Source of the DNA: Microthyrium microscopicum
Taxonomy: Eukaryota
DNA: 64,000 bases
Direction of reading: 5' to 3'
NCBI GenBank assembly: GCA_010405405.1
Contig: MU004230.1
Coordinates: 2,204,627-2,268,626 of the forward strand
Shown here: in pieces, positions 61,401 to 64,000 of the stretch
How the letters are laid out: the number at the start of each line of letters is the position of its first letter
Position numbering within the stretch: position 1 is the stretch's first letter
The notes under the pieces: generated by a model
Databases searched by the model: none
What the model saw: only the letters and a program-made list of their open reading frames with translations
What the model was told of the DNA's origin: nothing
Program-made: the position numbers and the translations under genes

Positions 61401-62544
61401 CAATTGGTTTCTCAACGAGTTTCTCTTGGCAGAAACTGATTTCTCAGATTTTATCGAGAGGCGCATGATCAAGAGTTGTTAAAGTTTGTGGAACAGACCA
61501 TGAGTAGATGTTGAAAATATTCAACGAGAGGATTGTGAAGCATGGTGGTGAACACGGCATTGTATAGAGAGTCCTGTATTGTATAGAGAGTCCGAACATA
61601 CGAAATTTGTTTTTGTTTTACGATTGAACCAGTCTCTCCATACATGGGCTTTTTTTCTACACGGAATTTATCTTCTTAACCTAGAGGATAGCATTTTGTG
61701 CGAGTAGATAGCGAAAAGCTGTCCTAAGTGCGTGGAAGCTTCTGCGGTCCTTCGGTTTTTGTCCAGGCTTGCACATGCATCAAGTTGTGTGGCAGGTTGC
61801 TTGTGCTGCGTTGAATCTATTAGCCTTTAGTGTTAAGCAGGTTGTAAACCTTAGGAGTGGCCGACAAGGTACATTTATTAGTCTGTTATGATTTGATTGC
61901 TATAATACACACAGTATATTAGCAGATGAGCCTTACCAAGTCAGTTTAACTCTGTGGATCTATTAAAAGGAAATGCAGCTTCACAATTGGCTTCTTTGGA
62001 AAGATAATAATCTACAAGGTAACTGTTATTCTCTAAGATAATAAGCCATTATGTTGTACCTTTTGGTTATACCGTTTGGCCAGGTAGCTATAGTCCATGA
62101 CATAGCGTTCGGGGCAGTAGATAAGTCCTCATGAGATCTCTGAAATGACTTTTGAGTAATCTATCTCCACTCTGATTCTCCACAGCTTGGCTCTAATGGT
62201 TGCGTTCGTTGTATTACCTTGTAGACAGTCAAGTTTGCGCATGTGTGCCCTACGGTAAACTCATTGCCGTAGATTTACTTTGTTAATGAAATCGAGCCCC
62301 AGTAACAACTTCTAGTCCGGCAGCTATAAATCGTGCGCAACGTCCGCGGACGAAGCATAGGGCCAGTGCCCAGGCCCCGGAAGTCGATACTAATTACTCT
62401 TAACCGTCAATCTTCAGGCCTTGCCACTGAAATAGCCCATATATATAGGAAAGTAAGGCCTAGAGATCACATAATAGCAGCCGAGCCACTGTTATTATCG
62501 TGAAAGTCCCTTAGTTATCTAAGCACTTTGAAAGAATAATAGCC

Positions 62545-63891
62545 ATGAAGTCTTCAGCCGCCTTCTTACTCCACGCCGCGCTGGCGCTGGCTCATAGTGG
62601 AATTAGTAGAGTCACGGTGGATGGCACAGAGTACGTGCTTATTCTAGAATCTGAACCAGAAAGCATCTAACAACAATGGCAGATATCTCACATGGGATCC
62701 CCGAATCGATTCTTTCCTAGGCGATGTTAAGCGCGTTGGATGGTCATACGACACATTGAAAATTGCAATGCCTAATGTTGGCCCGGTTTCTGGGCCTCTC
62801 TCCGCTAACTTTGCGCCTGTTTCAAACATCGAAAGTCCCGATCTTGCCTGTAAGCTTTCACGATTCGCTGCTGCTAATCGAGTTTGCTAATACTTCAAAG
62901 GTGGAAAAAATGCTAAAGCACCAGCACTGAAGGCTGTTACTCGCGCAGGTGCTCCTGTTAGCGTTAAGTGGTCTAACATCATTGAGATGCACCGTGGACC
63001 AATTATCACTGTAAGTTGTCCCTTTTGAACGGCATACATACTACAGAGACTAAGACACCTTCAGTGGATGGGCCAATACACACCCGGCATGTCGCCAAAC
63101 GAAGTCAAATTCTTCAAGGTAGACGCACCAAGCTATGATGCTAAGACAGGTAAGACATGAATCTCTATCTTTGTGGAAGAAGTTATAACATGAACAGATA
63201 CTTGGGCCAACGAACGGGCAGCCAGGAACAACCAGACCCACACATTCATGATTCCCAGCGATATCAAGCCAGGAGCATATGTTGTAAGAACCGAGTTGCT
63301 TGCACTTCATACCAACTCGCCATCTTTTGCCCTGACCCCTCTTGGAGGACCAGAATTCTATCTTGGCTGCTTCAATGTAGACGTTCAAGGCAGTGGAACT
63401 GCTACTCCCGAAGGTTCAACTTTCCCAGGAGCATACAAGAAAGGAGACAAGGGATTGACGTTCGCCCCATACTACGGTACTGGATCCGGTGTTGAGGTAG
63501 ACAGCAAATACGTAAGCATACGCGCCATAGTGAAAGAAAGTTGTCAATGAGTGAATCTGACTTTTCATAGGTTGTTCCTGGACCAGCCCTTTACGAAGGC
63601 AAGCACGACGCCCCGGCCGGCTCACCACCCGCCGTCAAGGAGACGGGCAAATACGCTCCTGCACTTCAAGCCAAGTATGACGTCCTCAAGACCGATATGG
63701 AACAAAATGGTGGAGCGATCATCAAATTGGTCAACAAGGCATGGCCAGCAAACCAGGAGCTCGCAGAGGCTGGATTGAATTACATCAAGATGCAGTTTTC
63801 CACCGAATGGCGGGATACAATGTCGAAGTATGAGGGTACTAGGAAGGAAGTAGATAACTTTAAGGCAGAGCTTGATAAACAGAAGCAGTAG
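62545..63891 (+). CDS. AA9 (GH61) lytic polysaccharide monooxygenase with a C-terminal extension, 6 exons
   Basis: Signal peptide MKSSAAFLLHAALALA followed by His1 (HSGISRV); SPDLA|CG, HRGPI, FFKV, IPSDIKPGAYVVRTELLALH...PEFYLGC, FPGAY and VVPGPALY; stop at 63891. Confidence 0.92.
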
Positions 63892-64000
63892 ATCAAATGA
63901 TCTCGAGCTTCTTAAACACTATGTACTTGTACTGATCTTAATGAACACCCTTTCATCTGAAGAATGGACATATCGATCATCGTGTTATGACTCAAGGCGG

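Larger units (their letters stand above)
57850..62300 (+). ncRNA. Candidate large structured non-coding RNA or RNA-derived element (unassigned family)
   Basis: No credible ORF. Many 9-20 bp stems with + strand G-U pairs (e.g. 58723-58759, 59317-59416, 59941-59979, 60548-60582), crossing pairings, and a duplicated covarying module. Boundaries are approximate and expression is unknown. Confidence 0.5.

Noticed and set aside
62080..62100. Group I intron S-element-like TATAGTCC
   Set aside because: No matching P, Q or R elements and no host rRNA/exon context were identified.
57850..62300. Telomerase RNA
   Set aside because: A large structured RNA with pseudoknots is suggestive, but I found no TAACCCTAA-type template on either strand. 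A non-canonical telomere repeat cannot be excluded.
1..64000. tRNA, rRNA or transposase genes
   Set aside because: No cloverleaf, rRNA signature, or transposase/RT/recombinase ORF was recognised by eye; tRNAscan and Rfam were not run.

Overview
This is nuclear DNA from a filamentous ascomycete (Pezizomycotina-type), with short GT-AG introns, CTRAC-like branch sites and about 22 protein-coding genes. From left to right: a partial F-box gene, TMA22, RAD17, an unknown coiled-coil gene, pyridoxal kinase, PCNA (its ATG is split by an intron), a Cdc25/rhodanese phosphatase, a TOK K+ channel, a secreted NTF2-like protein, a 3'-5' exonuclease, a Ded1-like DEAD-box helicase, a DUF3433-type membrane protein and an alpha/beta-hydrolase pseudogene. 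Next come a probable stress/conidiation trio (bli-4-like SDR plus two small hydrophilic proteins), a 1783-aa nucleotidyltransferase-fold/ankyrin protein, RPL43, a RING-PHD protein, a Say1-like hydrolase, a RING/RS-rich protein, a phytase and an AA9 LPMO. The most unusual part is a ~4.5 kb interval (about 57.85-62.3 kb) with no credible ORF. It is packed with long stems whose non-Watson-Crick pairs are almost all G-U on the + strand. It also contains several crossing (pseudoknot-type) pairings and a duplicated module whose two copies differ by compensatory base changes. This looks like a large, unannotated structured RNA or an RNA-based mobile element. A short CACT-(A/T-rich)-TAGC motif recurs at both edges of this interval and at other accessory boundaries. 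All calls were made by eye; no database search or folding program was run.
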